64,000 bases of DNA from an uncultured Acidobacteriota bacterium (GTDB lineage: Bacteria; Acidobacteriota; UBA6911). Location: contig CAWJKZ010000019.1 of assembly GCA_963843575.1 (NCBI GenBank), positions 192,001 to 256,000 of the forward strand, written 5' to 3'. Both the position numbers and the translations under genes were made by a program. This document shows positions 62,985-64,000 of this stretch, one piece after another. The notes beneath the pieces were generated by a model that was not told where the DNA came from, did no database searches, and was given only the letters and a program-made list of their open reading frames with translations. How positions within the stretch are numbered: the stretch's first letter is position 1; each line of letters opens with the position of its first letter.

Positions 62985-63161
62985 ACCGTTCCCTCCCGGG
63001 AATGCCGCCGCCATATAAGGGGGCCCAATGAGGTCTCTATGATAACGATTTTGGCCAACAAGTTTGACGAATATTTGCGCCCGTAGGACGCGCGTCGACC
63101 TTACGGACCAGCCTGCGAAGGCATGTTGCTCGCACCTCGACTATTATCACGGATCGCGGAG

Positions 63162-63635
63162 TTATCTCTCGCTTGGGAAACGCCCGACCAGATATTTGGC
63201 TGCCGTCATGCGCCCAAGGATGTATTGTTCCCGAAACGGTCCCGCTCGGGTCATGGCCTCCGTGATCTTGGGAGACTGTGTTGCGACAGCAGCCGTTGAC
63301 TCGGCGGCGAGCGCCCTGGCGAGACCGAAGTCTAGGATCTTGACCTCATCTTCGCCCGTAATCATGACGTTGGCAGGCTTCAGGTCGCGGTGGATTACCC
63401 CTTTCTCGTGCGCGGCCTCGAGCCCCTCGGCGATCTGGCGGCACACCTGCATCGCCTCATTCGCTTGGAGTGGCCCCGTCAAGAGCCGCTGTGCGAGTGT
63501 CTGCCCCCTACCAACTCCATGACGATGAATCGTTTTCCGCCCGATTCTTCGACACTGTGGATTGCTGCGATATTCGGGTGGTTCAGCGACGCGAGCACCG
63601 CCGCTTCACGTTGGAAGCGGGCCAGCCGTTCTGCC
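63162..63635 (-). pseudogene. Internal fragment of a Ser/Thr protein kinase
   Basis: [24 protein letters not shown]...FIVMELV/...HRDLKPANV...KILDFGLA. It lacks the Gly-loop, VAIK and everything after the activation-loop start. Confidence 0.8.
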
Positions 63636-64000
63636 TCACCCGAGCAGTCTGAGGTATTGATCCGCCAGGTTCGATTCGCCGTCCTGCGGGGCGATTACGA
63701 AACGGTCCCGTGCGCCGGCGCGAGCATAGACCTCACGCGTGAAGCTGTACTCACGCTCGGCCGACGCGATTTTCACCGGTTCTTTCATGGCATCGACGGG
63801 CGCGACCAGCGCCAGCCTACGATCGGCGATAGCCGCCGCAACGTGCGGGAGATCAAAGGAGGTCAGGACGTCGCGGACGAAGACTCCGGCGCTGTGCAGG
63901 TAACGGTCGACTCCGGTCAGGCTGGCATAGGAGATGAGCCCGCGCTCGACAACCGCGGCACGGATGCGGCCGTCGAGCGCCGCCGCGTAGAGGGTCCACA
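63636..64000 (-). CDS. C-terminus of an alpha/beta-hydrolase (acetyl-xylan-esterase-like) protein; start lies beyond the window
   Basis: WTLYAAALDGRIRAAVVERGLISY...VLTSFDLPHVAAAIADRRL.LVAPVDA...YLRLLG* (TGA 63636-63638). Confidence 0.75.
   Translation of the reverse strand, partial: WTLYAAALDGRIRAAVVERGLISYASLTGVDRYLHSAGVFVRDVLTSFDLPHVAAAIADRRLALVAPVDAMKEPVKIASAEREYSFTREVYARAGARDRFVIAPQDGESNLADQYLRLLG

Overview
GC-rich bacterial window, most consistent with Acidobacteriota (Oar-like TonB-dependent receptor with N-terminal carboxypeptidase-regulatory domain, ECF/Ser-Thr kinase remnants, many Tat substrates). The taxonomy is inference. Three zones. (1) 1-~9 kb is an integration hotspot: the C-terminus of an IS91-like transposase, a DUF4258/DUF2283-like pair and a P4-type tyrosine integrase next to a 47-bp 3' fragment of a CAT-anticodon tRNA (att site). 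To its right lie an ankyrin-like protein behind a decayed WYL-type HTH, a sigma54-driven secreted protein, Fic, Phd/VapC and several gene relics. (2) ~9-23 kb holds mixed secreted carbohydrate-type enzymes interspersed with REP-like repeats and relics. (3) ~23-63 kb is a large glycan/amino-sugar utilisation locus: TonB receptor, ROK regulator, GH89, divergent GH3, two paralogous (alpha/alpha)6 glycosidase-like genes and three paralogous Tat TIM-barrel proteins of unknown family. It also carries an unusual cytoplasmic set: split transketolase, E1-alpha/beta without E2/E3, class-III aminotransferase, non-pyrrolysine MttB, a URO-D-like protein and a Tat-exported DegT aminotransferase. This locus is my best candidate for an undescribed catabolic system. 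Many otherwise intact genes carry single-base frameshifts, probably long-read consensus errors. All family calls come from motif recognition by eye; no database searches were run.
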